Origin: Leidyana gryllorum EB-2025a
Taxonomy: Eukaryota > Protista > Apicomplexa
Length of the DNA stretch: 64,000 bases
Assembly: GCA_048772705.1 (NCBI GenBank)
Contig: JBLWGC010000082.1
Span: forward strand, 1 to 64,000
Direction of reading: 5' to 3'
The notes under the pieces were generated by a model. The model was given only the letters and a program-made list of their open reading frames with translations, did not search any database and had not been told where the DNA came from. Made by a program: the position numbers and the translations under genes. The number at the start of each line of letters is the position of its first letter. The first letter of the stretch is position 1. Shown in pieces: positions 20,180-34,474 of the stretch.

Positions 20180-21463
20180 TCAAGGAGCAGTAGCTGGGAC
20201 GTCAGCGTAGCCCTGGAGGTGTACATCCAACACCTTAGGCCTCTTGAGAATAGCGATCAGAACTTCAGGCTGTTGCTCACAGCAGCCTTCCTCGCCTTCT
20301 GGGCAGCTGCACTCCTCTGTTGCTTCCGGAGCGCTTGTCGACTGGCCAGGCGGGCGGGTAACCACACCACCGGTTCCCTCAGGATCTTGAGTGTTGTCAC
20401 CAGGAGTGGTAGTCGTGGTAGTGGTGCTCGGTGCCGGGGTGCTTGTGGTGGTGGCCTCACACTCGAGACCGATCAAGCCATCCAAGATGTGACTCAACTC
20501 GCCAAACCAGTTGTCGAGAGAGTCATCCACCGCCTGGACAAACTCGGCAGGATAGCCGACGAAACTGTTGAACCACGACCAAGCAGCCATAGCACGGCCG
20601 CCTTCCCAGTTGGGACGCACGATGATTGTTGCAAGGTACACACCTTCATCCAACAGCGATTGTTGAACCAAAGTCGGCTGCAGAGAACGTTAAGAATCAG
20701 AACGACAACCAAGACTTACATCAGGGTAGTAGCGGTTGTTGCAATAGTCATCAGCAAGGTCCTCATCATAATCAGCTCCCCAAGGTGCCAATTCAGGGTA
20801 CAAAGACTGACGTCCGTCACCATCGAAGTGGGGCTCAGAATCGGTGATGTGAACAATCAATGGCGTCGCAATGGGGTTCGTGCGCCAGTTGATGGTCTTC
20901 GGAGATTTCAAGGCGGCCATCAGAGCACCGTACTGGTTCTCGGGGTAATCCCAGCCACCACCGGCCTCCTCAGCCTCAAGGTAAGGCTTCAGATCGATCG
21001 GATCCTCTTCGTTCAAGGTCTGGACCGTGAAACAGTCATCGTCCAGCTCGCCAAGTTGGTTGATAGGTTTGTCACGGAAAGTCAACAACGAGAAGCGAGA
21101 GCCAGGATGAGTGAGAGGAAGCGTCTCGGACATCACCGGTAGAGTCCTCAGGATTGTCTCACGGAAATCGCCTTGATGAGAACCAGTGAGATCTTGGACA
21201 ATCAGTACATCTAAGGGGAAGATGCAGTTGTCAGCAGTACGAACTGCTTGATAGGCAGAAATCTCGCTCGCCTTGTGCAAGTTTGAGAAGGCCACATGAT
21301 GATGGCTGGAGACTGCCATCCGGGCATTTGCTACACGAGCTGCAGCTGTCAAGTTCCCGTAGGCTTCGTAAACTGGTACATAGCCTTCCAAGGAGTCCTC
21401 GCGGATTACGCGCTTAGCCGAACCAACGGCTAAAATGGAAGCAACAGCATGCAAGAATCGCAT
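20180..21463 (-). CDS. Secreted integrin-beta-like vWA (MIDAS) protein with Thr-rich stalk, 2 exons (intron 20678-20719)
   Basis: Signal peptide MRFLHAVASILAVGSA, PLDVLIVQDLTGS (DxTxS), GGWDYPE, INWR and ITDSEPHFDGDG. A 42-nt GTAAGT..CAG intron joins the two ORFs. Confidence 0.8.
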
Positions 21464-21630
21464 CTTCAATACGTGATGAAATACTTGACAAGTTAATGAA
21501 GTGAAGCAGTAGAAGAATGAGGGAAAAGATGAGAGTGAGAAAGTGAGTTGATGTTGATTTCAATTGTAGAGAGGCTGAGACCTTTTGGGACATTCCGGTG
21601 TGTGAAGGGTCGCACACCTACAGGATTCCT

Positions 21631-24600
21631 TCATCTCAGAACGAATAACAGTAGAAGCCGATGATGAATTTTCGCGATCTTATTGGCGTAGATCACGGCT
21701 AAATGAGCAGCAAGCCCATCTTCGTCCGGATCAGCTCCTGTCGACGTCAGGAAATTCTCGATCCACATTTGAGGAGAAGCACTGGTACTGAAAGGGGAGG
21801 CGCTGTCAGATCCGGTGCAGGCCTCAACGCATCTTTCAGTCACCTCTTTCCACTTCTGGGACAAATGACCCTCACCGTTGAGAAGCTTCCTGAAAGCCAT
21901 GAACGAAGCATAGCGAGTGTGACCTAGTTGGAAAAGGCGGTTTCGGTCTTGTAGAGCCGATTTGAATTGCATTGCGTCTACACTGCCACTCAGCATTGGT
22001 CCATATCTTTCCGACCACGATGGAGCTTCGCCCTCTACCGTCAATTTCGCTCCGCTCTGACCCGACACCTGCAACACTCGCAGGCGTAACTCGGCCAAAA
22101 GTTGTCGAATGCGGCGAAGAGGCAAACGCAATGCACACGCAAGCAAGATGTGCTCAGCTAGGTACCGAAAATTCCGGTGAGGTCCTTCATTCCGATCGAC
22201 GGATACCTCTGGGACGTATAGTGAACACTCGACTAATGCACGACGAACATATGCCTCTTTCAGTTCAGGGTGAGTAGCTCTATGTGCGTGGCAAAACAGT
22301 CCATCTAAGAGTGATGAGGCTGCCGCGAGGTCACGCAGCTGCTCCTCAGGACACCATTGCTCCAGCCACCTGGCGTAAATGCTTCGCAGCTTCAACGGAT
22401 CCAATTCTTGAGGTCTACAGCGCAAGAGGATGTCGCGAGCCTGCATCAGTTGCGGATCGTCTTCTTCCACTCGCTGCCACCGCTGCATAACCCGTACAAT
22501 CAACAAGCGCGCGTGCAAAAGTCGGGCTCTAAGTGTCATTGGATGATGTGGGCCTATTGACTTTTCGAGCTCCCGAACTACCTCCCAAGTCGCTTCCTTG
22601 GGTAACGAGATGACGTCCAGTCGGGATGATGCCGGCGAGATCCTCAACTCGGTGAGCATATCTCTTCCACACTGCATTTCAATGTGAGCCAACTTCCAAG
22701 CAGCTTTTGCTGCCTCTGAAACCATATGCGAATCTTCAAGCAATCTTAGAAAGGCACTTGACGAGTCTAAGCACTTTCGGTGCAAACCCGCGTGGCCAAA
22801 AGGGGCAATGATGCGATACAATGTGGTCTGAAGAGTGTATTGGTTCAAGCAGATGACGGTAGTATGTGCTACCTTGGTGTACTGAGCGCACAACTCCAAC
22901 CAATGAGGTATCGATGGGCTGAATCTCAAGCTGATTCTCGATGATCTGTTGAGCAGATCATCTCCCAGAAGCACAGCTTTGTGCAGTAAGTCTCTCAACG
23001 GCCCCAAATCAGATTCTTCGTGCACTTGGAGACTGGTATGGGCCAACATCCGATTGAATGAGTCCAGAAGCACAATGTCGGACGTCAGCATGTAAAGGAT
23101 ATACGAGTTGTACAAACCGCCACCCATACCTCCGAAAATGCGCTTCACGCCGCTCAAATCTACTCCTTTCCTCCCCTCAGCGCCGATCTCTTCAACAACA
23201 ACAGCATCTCTTTTGTTCTCATCCGCAGAACCAGTGATGAGTGCAGTTGGTACCAAAATGGTATCATTCGTCTCGTCTCCCACAACTTGGCGTCTCACCA
23301 CCACTACAAGGATCATCATGCCTAGAACATACCCTCAAAAACTCACATTTAGTCACCTGGACCTGAAAGTTCAACAATTCCCAGGCTGCCCTCCGTTCGA
23401 AGTCGTCCGAGGGAATGGCTCGATGAAGTTTATCCAGAATCGCGGCTGCAGCCCGATACTCTCCATATTCAAGACATCGATATCCGAAATGTAGGGGCAA
23501 ATGGAGTAACATGTCAGTGGATGGTTCAAGAGGGTGCGGAGTGGGCGTTCCATGAACTAGTAGAAGATAAGTCATCAAGATAACGTGCAACTCGCGGGTG
23601 AAATGCTGACACTTGTGGACCTGATGTTTCGTTTCTTCCTTCTCATGGTGGAGGCTGTCGGCTTTGTCATCATTCTCTTCCTCAACCTGGCGTAACTCCA
23701 AGCATCGTCGCACGCAGGGAAAGGGTTTGCGCTCCAAATTGGCTCTCACCCGGCGAAGGAGGCCATGAGAGAGACAGCTCGGCTCCAGATCATACCTTGT
23801 TGGGCAGACTGTTGTGAAAATGTGAGATCATGGCTTCACGTTTTGTACTTACCGCCTTCATCACTGACCTTCGACAAAACATAGAATTCCAACCAATTGT
23901 ATCCTCGCCCAGTGGCTGCCCAATAATGGATATAGTAATCCTCTTTCAGAGCTTCGATTAGTCCCTCGGTCCCTGCCGGTCCTCCTGCCACTTTGACAAC
24001 TTCTGTGATGTGACCTGGTGGCAGCGAGCTGCCCTGAGAGATTGTCCAAAGCACCTCAGGATGCGACTCCGTTCTTATCCTCATGCGGTTGTTCTCAAAA
24101 ACCACTCGAGTGCCACATCGGAGACCTAGTGCCTGCCGAATGGTGGGTGCGATATGCGAAGGATCTTCATAGTCATGGTTACTCACCCTCAAAAACTGTC
24201 TGGGAGCAAAGGATGTGAGGAAGGATCGAAGTGTGCCGCTCTCGTCGTAGGGTTGACCATATAGAGCCTGATACTCCTGTGCAATTGTAACATCCCACAA
24301 GGGTCGAGCTGCCAAATCGTCCACAGCCGCGAGCATCCTGAAAAACTCGGCATTCCAGCTGCAATGGAGATCTTATTCACGCTCACATGCTGACACCTTA
24401 CGATCTTATGTGCTCTCGTAGAGCGAAATGACAAGTGACAAACTCGGCAACTCGTTCTGTCAGTGCTCTCTCTTCGAAGGACCCTGTCCCGTTCGCGGGC
24501 GTCATCAGTTGCGATTGAGACTGACGTCTCATCCTGTAGGACACACTCATTGACGACAGAAAGGTCTTCCGAGCACGGTCATAATCCCGTCTATAAATCC

Positions 24601-26092
24601 GTTTGACGCTTTTCGCCACCATTTCACGATCGATAGATGATTCCAGATAGGGTGGCAAACGTTCCGGCCTGCGACGGAGCCAATCGTAGACTTCACGGCA
24701 CTTTCCTCCTCCAACACGATGACACCAATGCTGCATCGCCCGTGAGTCGTAAGTTGGCCCGTGTTTGGCCTCAGTCAAGCTATTGATCAGGGCTTTTCTC
24801 AAAGTCGCCAGCATCCCATCTCCATTCGTCTCCAGCCATACATAGTAATTGGCGGCTCGTCGGAGCGTTGTGGGAAACCCAGTCGGCCGTCCAATCCTCC
24901 GTATCAATGGAACTAAGCATGTCATCTGCAGCGCAGACACCCTTCGAAGGTACTATAAAGTCTCCTTGATCAATCCGACACTTTGAACACTCACTGTCTC
25001 ACAGTTTGATTCGGTCAAATCCTCCGTAGAGTCAGCCCGGTTGTTGCCACCTTGGCGGAGAGCCAATCCTTCTTCTCCGGTTGCACCTCGGAACACCAGT
25101 CTCACCATGCCCCTAGCGGCATAGTACCAGGGAGTGAGTGCATAGGGAGGTAGAAGTTCAGCTAAATTGCGAACGAAGAGCAGCCCCCGGGTATCTTCTG
25201 CGTTCCTCCAATACAACGCGCAATCTAACGATGTCAGTGCGGACCGTTCTTTCAACTGATCGGGAGGCAACAACTCGCTCAGCTCCACCAAATCGGAACT
25301 GCCCAGGGGGAAGGCTGGAGGCTGTCGAACGAGTAGAGGACACATGAGCAAGAAGCTTACCTCCAGTCCGAGAGCCTCAGCTAAATGGCTAAAAAATCCA
25401 GCCATCGGGGCGTCGACGTGGCCAAGCACATTTGCTTCACCTCCCGCAAACCAGCGCAAAGGCGGCTTGGGTGCTGGTACTACCCCCTGTGGTGTGCCAT
25501 AGTCTTGACAAATATGAGGACGGGCCTGCGTCCATGAGTCTGAGTCTTCTAATATGTTGGCAGGGGGAATTCGGGCCTCAGCGTGTATCAGCAATGGTTC
25601 GTAGAATACGGCTTGCAATCCAGATCGTACTAGGCCACAGAAGGGAGGAAAGAAGACGCCCAACAGCGAATCGTATCCCTGTATGGCCAGATGTGAGGCA
25701 AGATACTACAGTTATCATGTTGAAAGATGGATAATTGAACTCACTTCACAAGCGGCCACATCATTCTTATAGATCTTAATAGCAGCAGACACATCAAATA
25801 CTCGGCCTTTCACAGGTTGACGGGGTTTGCTGCGCCAAAACGCTTTGCCGCCCCGGATTACCGTGAAGCAAATGGAATCACTGATGAAAACTTCATCTAA
25901 AGGACGATACGAGAGCGAAACGGCTTGGTGTTGTACCTTTTGAGAACTTCGGACAGTGGACTTGATAAGCGATGGCGTTTCGCCGCTTACTAAGTATCTT
26001 GAAACCTGCCATTGCTGGGCCTGTTGATGGGGTTTCCCCAGTTGACTGCTGATTGTCTCACTCACCATCCGCCATCTCCCCCATGATCGCAT
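21631..26092 (-). CDS. Divergent Clu/CLUH (TIF31)-like protein with TPR C-terminus, multi-exon
   Basis: CLU-like LFVRNLAELLPP, CLU-central-like REMVAKSVKRIYR and TPR-like IGPHHPMTL occur in the canonical order across consecutive ORFs separated by short intron-sized gaps. Confidence 0.55.
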
Positions 26093-26237
26093 TTAACAAT
26101 ATAGCGGATTGCGCCCTCGCTGACCGGTGAAATCGGGCAACCTCTCTGTGAGAAGATGCACGTACACCATTGGGGAAGTCTTCGACTCACTGAGCATACA
26201 AACTGTCTCGTATGAGACGTTCAGGAGCCAGTATCCC

Positions 26238-29200
26238 ATGATACTCCCCCCCCGAATGCCGCGAACGTCGTCTGGCCCACACCATACGAGTCAACCTACG
26301 GCACTTTTTCTGCGTGCTGACAAGAGCGGCTCACCAGTTGGTGGATGGACGAGCTTCCCTGCCGCGCGCCAAAGCCGAAGACAACTCATTGCCCCCAAAA
26401 GTGGTTGGCTGAAAGAACTGCGGGCCCAATGTACTATTGGGGATAACTCGTAACGTGGCGTCGTCAGGATAAGCAAAATCCCAACTCTCACAAATGGCTT
26501 CGTTGTGCGGTGCACCGTGGATCAAGAGTTTCGTCAAATCTGTGACAGATAAGTCCGGCCATGACCAACAAGGATTGGAGATGACTTTGGTGGTCATCGG
26601 TGCTGGTCGGCGTGCGACGTGTGTCTCCGTGTGTGCACACGGTGATAATGCTGAACGCTCGTCTGACCGTTCCCCATGCCGAGTCCCAGGTACGAATTCG
26701 CTGGAAGTTTGATACGACGAATCAGATTACATGGTGTGGATCACGATGGATCGATTGGGCCGCTCTGAGTCGTGTAAGTGGTCCTTCTGGCACTTTTCTA
26801 TTCTTCCAGGGCAAATTGATGTATGGAAGTCTGGATCTCCGGCCGGGACATGAAGGGCTGGACTTCAATGGAAAGGCTGAAGACTACCTCACACTGTTGG
26901 TTAAGGATAAAAAAGGGGTACTAGTGGCGGACGGTCGCCTTTTCATAGTCTTACATGGTGAGCACTCGCACTTCTTTGACACAGCTGTGCTATAGGTGGT
27001 GAAAAGACGCGAGTGGTGAACGTTCGTTCGGGGGACCACCTAGCCTTGCCCCATATGTCACGTTTGATCGGTCGGCATGGACTTGCATCTTCCGACTCGA
27101 CCACCCCCATATTGATTGATATACCCACCGGACTTCAGGGTAGTATTCGGTCGAGCGAACTGGTTGGAGAGGGAATTTGGGATTCCTCGGAGGCGGTGGA
27201 GATCGTCGGATCTTGGAAGTCGCTCTCTGACACTGGATTGTGCCTTGTATGGCCCGAACTACAAAGTATGGGTTTCTTATCGACCAAGCAAAACCAACTT
27301 TCCCTCTCTCATGCTCGCTCTTTGCGAGTAACGGAGGTCAGTGTGCTTTCTGTGCCGGAGGTCTCACAAGTTGTTTGTGGCTCGAATATCTATGAAGCCG
27401 AAGGCTTGCAGGCTTCGGACAATGAAGTACTGTGGGACGAGAGTGTTATGCCGAATAGAATATGCTTCACAGTATGTCATACCGGAGAGGACACCTCACA
27501 ATTGGGAATAAACGGCCATTGCCTAGACATATCACATTCCGAGCTGAGATCGTCCTTCGATCTATTGTGCACACGGCTGGTTACTTTGTGCAAAGAATAC
27601 GGCCAGATCGTGGGAATCTTCATGACTGAGCTCATGGATCTTTTTGGAGAGGACCAGCACCTCTTCAGGCTACTGCTAGAGATGTTCAAACGTCTCCTCG
27701 GCAACAAAGATCCATCCATTGCCAGGGTCATTTCTCACTTTGTCAAACTAGCCAAAAGTCTCAGCTCCTCCACACTGAAACGTCGGAAAGTTGAGTGCTC
27801 GCAGAAGTCCACATTACACCTTCTGTCGGAATATCTCAACAGAATGGCCATTATCGCGCATGCGGTTCAGGGATGCACAGAGGCCAAGGGGTGGTTACTT
27901 TGGCTGCTAGAAAGGCATGAGTGTCACCCCAAGCAATATATACTTGAGGAGCCAACTATAGGTGTGACGACACAAGGTTGTAGCCTTGGATCGCTCCTTG
28001 TGAGGATTGTGAAGGAGTGGAGCCTATGGCTCACGGGCCCTCCTAGTGTCTCCAGCGTTCCTTCGGCCGTGCCTATACTGAGACTATACCATCAACGGTG
28101 TAGGCTTGGCCTCATCCCTAGTAGTGTGGCTCTCCCTGAGTTGATCATTTCTTCCAGACATCTAGCTCTTTTGGACACCTCGACCCAGCTCGCGCTCACC
28201 TACTTCTTCGGACGCTTGGATATCAGCCTAAATACAGGATGCCGTAGACTATTGCTGGCGGCTAAAAGAAGCACAATTGGCAATGAGTCCGTCTGTTGGG
28301 CTCCCTCGAGCGACAATGATAGGTGTCCATCTGGCGAAACTCGATTGTTAAAGATAGCCTGGAATCGGTCTCAACATAGCCTTGTGAAGGTAAGGATGAC
28401 GAGATCAGCTCTCACGTTCCATCCCTAGCAGCTTCGTTACATAGAGTCCAAACGAGTGGAGAGTGTTCGCGAAGTTCTGCTCAAGGACGTGGCTCTTACT
28501 ATAACCACCATGTTAGGGAGCGCACTGGCGAGCCGCGGTACCTTGCAAGACCCCTCTTCCCTACCCAAACAACTACAAATCAGCTGGGTTCGACATGTTC
28601 CGTTCGAAAACGGTGATCTTGATCGCAGCGAGCTAAATTGGGGGCAACGTGGGTCAGGAGACAGTCTGTCAGCTCTTGCTGACTTTTACACGGGAGTGAT
28701 GATGGGATTACAAGTTATCCGTTATCCGGCCCGATTATATCACTCTACCCTGCACGATCCCACGGACTCACTCTCTGTCGAAGAACTCCGCTGGCGACGA
28801 ACCCTCCTCTCAGCCTGCGAACAGAAAATACATGAAGATGTTCGCAGTTTTGCAATCCAGATCCAGGCGTACTCGCTCGTCCATCTAGGTCCTACTCTGG
28901 GCGGGAGCACTCCACCGCAACAGTCGTTTGCCTTTCCAAGGCCTCCAGTGGCAGACGAAGCGGAGGCGTCTGTTGTTGAAGGTAGACGAAGTCTCCAAAC
29001 TGCTCGGATTTCGAGTGTTTCACGTAGCCGAGAGCGTGCACGAGTGTCCAATGGTGACTATACTTTCAGTGGTACAGATGCGTCATCGCGTCCAGAGCAA
29101 CGCAGTCCAGATGGGGGAATAGGCCACGATAGTGCGTCCACGATGGACACAGTCACCACGTCGATTCGTTCACTGTGGAAGAACTGCAGGATGTGCTGCT

Positions 29201-31880
29201 TCACCGCCGGCATCAACCTCGGACTAGGTCTGCAGGGTCATTTCATGAATATCGACTCTAAAGCCTGGGAGGAGCTGCTTATCGATGAGGTCGATGCTTT
29301 GCGCCAGAAATCCGTTCACGTATATTCTCCTGCATCGAATGATTTCGTGCGCGAGCCTGGCGACCAACTACCGAGAGGGATCACTATGAGCATGGTATCG
29401 GTCCACAAACTGATGAGTACCCCGGACGAAATCATACCTCTTCACCACGCACTTCTGTCAAACGCCACCCTGTTAGGGGCCACCATCAGTTTGCTGCGGA
29501 AAGATACTCCGAGGCTTCTGAGGGGAGAAGTGCACAGACGAAAGGACTGGCTGGTGAGGAGATGCTTGGAATTGATGCACCCTCCTCCCATATTTAACGC
29601 TCGTGTGAGATCCAGAAAGCGAAAACCCATTCCGTGGGTGAGGGGCGAAGACACCTATCACTATCTCAGTAAGATGTTGCCAGACATTGGCTTTTTGATC
29701 ATCTCGTCTCTCCAGCCATCGCCTTGCTTGCATGCGATGATGTTCACAATGATTTCACCGCTCACCGCCTGCTGATTGAGCTGCAGTTGTTGACTCATCG
29801 CGGCTATATCTCCACTGAGAATAGAGAAAGCCGCATTCGGATGGATGGTCTCTCGCTGCGGCTTCACAATGATGGGATTTCCCCGGTCAAACGAGCTTTC
29901 ATGATAGCGGCGTCTTTGGGCATTCTGACGATGAAATCAAAACTTAGGAGCTTGGAGGTCGACATTGCGGCGGAGCTGACAGCACACCTCGAAAACAGAT
30001 TGCCTCGCCTCCCATTCGAGAAAAGAGCGATTTTCGAGGAGAGAAAGGGAATGCCAACGCTTGTAGCCGGTGTGGAGACTTTGGGGAGCGAGGTGAGTTG
30101 AGTTGATGAGTTGGATCGACACGTATTGCAGGGGATGCCTTGGTCATGGCCGCTCAGTTGGGGCTTTGCGAAGTTCAATAGTCTCTCTCCATCCGCGGTT
30201 GCCCTAATACAAAAGGTGTGGACGACCAACAACATCAGCAAGCTATGCGGAAGCTCCCTGGTGTGCAATCTCCTGGCCATTGCTTTGATCAATTGGTCAA
30301 ATCTCAAATCTGATCCAATTGGGCATCTCCTCCATGCATTGCCCCGAGAGCTCACCAATGTTAACAGATTCTACTTGCTAGACATCCAAGGTGGTGAAAA
30401 TAGAAAAGAGACTTCCGATTATAACCTAGGAAAGAAGCAAGTGGTTCTCGAGAAGATCTTCACCCAATTCCACCCAGACAGTCCATTGGAGGAGTTGGGT
30501 GCTCAGACCGGCCCACAGGAGCTCTCTCCTTCGAACCCTCCTGTCTCATGGAGATTAGGGGATGACATCACGCCACATCGCCTGTACCAATTGCATGCCA
30601 TCGCCGCGGCAGCAATCGGATGGATTGCAGCACTCGGCAAAGCCGGGAGTGGCGACCCGAACATCACCTCGTACATACTTGGAGTGATGGACTGGATGGA
30701 GTAGGTGTAGTACATTATCATCAGCATACGTGTATGCCTCAGACAAGTACCGACAGGAGATGATTTGGCCAAGAACTGTACGACGGACTCGGAAGGAGGG
30801 GCATTGCAAGCCCACACAACAGAAAGATGCAACATATTCTTCGAGTGTGCCAGTTCTTTGTGGCCAATCATGAGGTCAGAGCTCTCCGGTTATTTTGAAG
30901 GTACGAACGAAGACATACCAGCACATGTGGCTGAATTATTCTTCACCGCGACCTTGTTTGGCATCGACCCAGCGACTCGCGAGGCAATGACAGTAAGAGT
31001 GAGCTTCCATGGCCTGAACAAGCTTTTTTCCAGAGGTACTGCATTGCTGGTGTCGGACTCCTTTACGCTGGGACTGCCAACGTCGAAGCTCTTCGCCTGA
31101 TTCAAACCCACATATCGCCGTGCCTGGTCGGCCCCATGCTGGAGGCGGTGGAGAGATCGGAAGGAGGCACGGGAGCTCAAGGCGGAGCGACACCAATCAG
31201 TGTTGATCGAAGTGCATACAGAAGATGGAGTCCACTTTTCGCTCAATATGCGCTTGGACATTGGGCGATGGGCGCTGTGCTCGCTGGAGGAGGCACACAG
31301 CGGATCAGCATGGATATGTTGGGAGACGAAGCGACGGGGGTTCTGATGTTAGTGATGTCGTCTTTCCCGGACGGTACGCCAGTCGACATCACGGACACCA
31401 GGTAAGCGGGTGCAGATGATCGGTTTATGCCTGACCAGGTTCTATGACCATTACTGGCGCTTCTTGCTATCTGCCTTGCTGACTGAGAAGTCAAAGGAGG
31501 TAGTTGAACTAGAAATGCGCAAGGTGGAAACTCAAGAGGAAACGAAACAATGTCAGATAGACGCATCCGGAGTTTGCCAGCCAGTGATTTCGTATAACCT
31601 TCGAACGCTGCGATGTCCCTTGGAAATGAATCCTGTGGTGAGGAAAAGTGAACGAGGTAGCTGGTGTGCGAGTGCCGAGAGGCGGAGAGGGGATGATGCC
31701 GCTTTGGAAAGCGGTAGTCTTGTGAGTATTAAACGAGGTGATCGGGACGAGACCTACTTGGAGATCCCAGCAAATAGAGAGAATGATTGTCTGACACTGG
31801 AGAGCGAGATGTACAGTCTAGGCGAATTACGAGTGGGCGACCTACAGGCTCCTGTGATTGCAGTGCAGGAGAGAAAGTGA
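26238..31880 (+). CDS. Large multi-exon hypothetical protein (5' exons uncertain)
   Basis: The ORFs from 26600 to 31880 join in frame through short GT-AG introns (for example 30701-30742). No family recognised. Confidence 0.6.
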
Positions 31881-31883
31881 AGT

Positions 31884-32325
31884 TTACTGTTTATTTCCCA
31901 AGACAACAAAATGGTTAGCTCTGAAGCCTTCCATGGGTAAACAGTCGTCGGCGGCATAGACTTCGAATATATTGGGTTGTCCTCCTGGTATGTCAGGAAT
32001 AACCCCGGGTGCGAATCTTGTCCGTTGTTCTTCCCGAATGACACATCTGGACAAATTCAAGGAAGCGGGATCAACTCCTTGTGGGAATATGACTGAGTGA
32101 AAGACGACTGGGTTGGGTGAAGTGAGCACGTTCTGCGCAATTGGTAATATGTGTTGGTAGTTCGTCACTCACTGAGGTGAATTTATTCCACTCTACACGT
32201 CCAGCAATCGCTTGGGGCGGCTCCCCATATCCCGGGTGTGATGCATAGGAGATTGGGCGCGGTGCAGCTTGATCGTTGGTGTCATTCTCCGATTTATTAT
32301 TCGTCGTGCTGTGTTGAGCTCCCAT
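31884..32325 (-). CDS. Small hypothetical protein with N-myristoylation motif (MGAQHS), intron 32133-32172
   Basis: A 40-nt GTGAGT..CAG phase-0 intron joins two ORFs. G2/S6 motif. Confidence 0.6.
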
Positions 32326-32357
32326 TTTATAAGTGCGCGCAGTGCGTGCATGTAGTG

Positions 32358-34269
32358 TCAAGAGCCTGCATTGAGAGTGGAGTGCTCAAGAGGGTCCCTC
32401 AGGAAGCTATGTTGGAGGGCCTCTTCGGGTGTCATTCGGCGACCGGGGTCAAGCATGAAGCACTTATCTAAGAATTTCCCGAACTGCTCCACCTTCTGTC
32501 GCATTGCAGCGCTTCGGCCATCAGAAGCTAGGGAAATGTTGAGGAGGCAGTGGGTTAGCTTACTTTGACAGCAAGGGAGTTCGCTTAGGAGGATGTCGGT
32601 GATACTTTTCGACGGCCGCTGAGGAATAGAAACCCTTTTGACAGACACCTTGCGTGTCTTGGGTTCTATCTCTTGTAACTTGAAGTCTGTAAGATCGTCT
32701 GCAAAATGCTTGGACGCGAAGGCGGCTGACTTGAGGACATGTTTGGGAAAGCGACCTTTGAGTTGCATCATCTGGTACAACATCCGATTGTTGTTCTCGC
32801 CAGTGAAGAGGATTCGGCCCGTAGCGATCTCAAACAAGGTACAGGCTACAGACCAAACGTCTATGGCGAAGCCGTAGCGACAACCTGGAAAGATTGAGAG
32901 GTTTAGTGTAGCATGGGGACTTACCCAGGATCACCTCGGGAGCACGGTAGAAACGAGAGATTAAATACGCTGTGATGTCATTATCAGAAGCGTCGGCTGC
33001 CGATCCGAAATCACAGACCTTGACGCAAGTCAACTCCTGATTCACTAGAATATTATCAGGTTTTATATCGGCATGGAGAAGGTTCTCTTTCTTCATATGT
33101 CGTAGAGCAATCATCACCTGTCGCCCATAGGCCATCACTGTGGCTAAATTGAGCCCCTGACCATGACCGACGCTGCAAGCAAAAGTGACAGATGACTCTT
33201 TGGCACAGAGAAGGGAAGAGTCCAAGCAGGTAGGGGGCAGAAAGTGAGAAGATTGGAGAGGGTGTCGCACTTACTGTTTGAAGAGGGTCCTGAGATTCAT
33301 ATATAGAGCTTCGAAACAAAGGCAGAGATGATTTCTGTGATCGAAGGTTGTCAGAAGGCGTACAATATGCCGACGATCCTCCAAGTCGGACCGATTGAGT
33401 TTCCGCAACACTTCTGCTTCTCTTTCACCAGCTTTGCGCATGAGATCATTGCGACGAATGATCTTTATAGCAACTTCAACCGAGTTGTTCTGTGACTGGG
33501 TATCGATACATCGAACAACGCTGGCGAATACTCCTTTTCCCAGTTGTCCAGAGAGCACCTTGTACCGATTATCCAAGAGCTCACCCAGAGTCGTCTGCAA
33601 GCGCGTAGCGTGAGCAACCGTATTGGTGCACTCATGTCTGACTCACTTTGTAATAGCCTTCTTCGTCATCGTAAGCGTCGACTGCCTGGAGTTCTGGAGC
33701 CAGAGCTATGCGTTTACGTGCCTTCGTTATCTGAGGAGGCCCTCTTTTGCGCCGTTGTGGCGATGCTGACATAGAACCGAACATATCAAAGTTGTCGTCG
33801 TCTTCCTCATACTCAGCCTCATTGGCATCAGGTTCCTCATCGGCGATAACATCTGCTGCCATTGGCTCACCAGCCGGTGCCTCGCCCTCTTTACGCTCGC
33901 GGGTGGCGATAACAAATTCCCTCACGCGTCGTTTGTCGGCCTCCAGGTTCGCAATCAGCTTGTCATAGGCCTAAGAAGGAAGAGTGTGACATAGTCTTTC
34001 ACCGATATTACCTCTTGAGAGATACCAGGTGGCGCAGGCATCCGTGGCTTTACCGGTGGTGGCGGAACGAAAGGCTCCGCAGAACTGAGTTCCGAGTCAG
34101 AGGCGTCATGGTGAGAGCTCTCCTCCTCGCCCTGAGGACGATATTGCCTCTCCTCATCAGACGTCACTTCTTCCACCACGAAGGGTTCAGCACCGCTAAA
34201 GGGATTGAAGACTTCAGCAACATGATCGGGAGTCACCGTACTGCGATTTTCCCCACCATCTGAGGTCAT
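32358..34269 (-). CDS. PRPF4B: PRP4 kinase (CMGC), multi-exon
   Basis: DDEEGYY, GKGVF, VAIKIIR, HRNHLCL, HADIKPDN, CDFGSA, SRFYRAPE and NNRML. Confidence 0.9.
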
Positions 34270-34474
34270 CTTCAACCTCAAAAACGACTACAAATATTGC
34301 TTTTTCGCAGTTCCGGCTCCTTAGCTGTGCCGCCCCCTCAAAGCCTCACAAGCCTCAACCAGAGTCATTTCCGTTCCCGACGATATCCCTTGATACCTGC
34401 GCACTTCCTCCCGCGTACTCACGGTCAACATCGCCAGCCCCCTAGAACTAATACACAAGGCACGAGTGGGTGTC

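Noticed and set aside
20051-21142. 363-aa plus-strand ORF
   Set aside because: Antisense shadow of the codon-biased vWA gene. It spans a 42-nt (3n) intron and has no recognisable domain.
21631-31880. Runs of co-oriented ORFs read as a viral or prokaryotic operon, or as stop-codon reassignment
   Set aside because: The gaps I checked are explained by short GT-AG introns that restore the frame.
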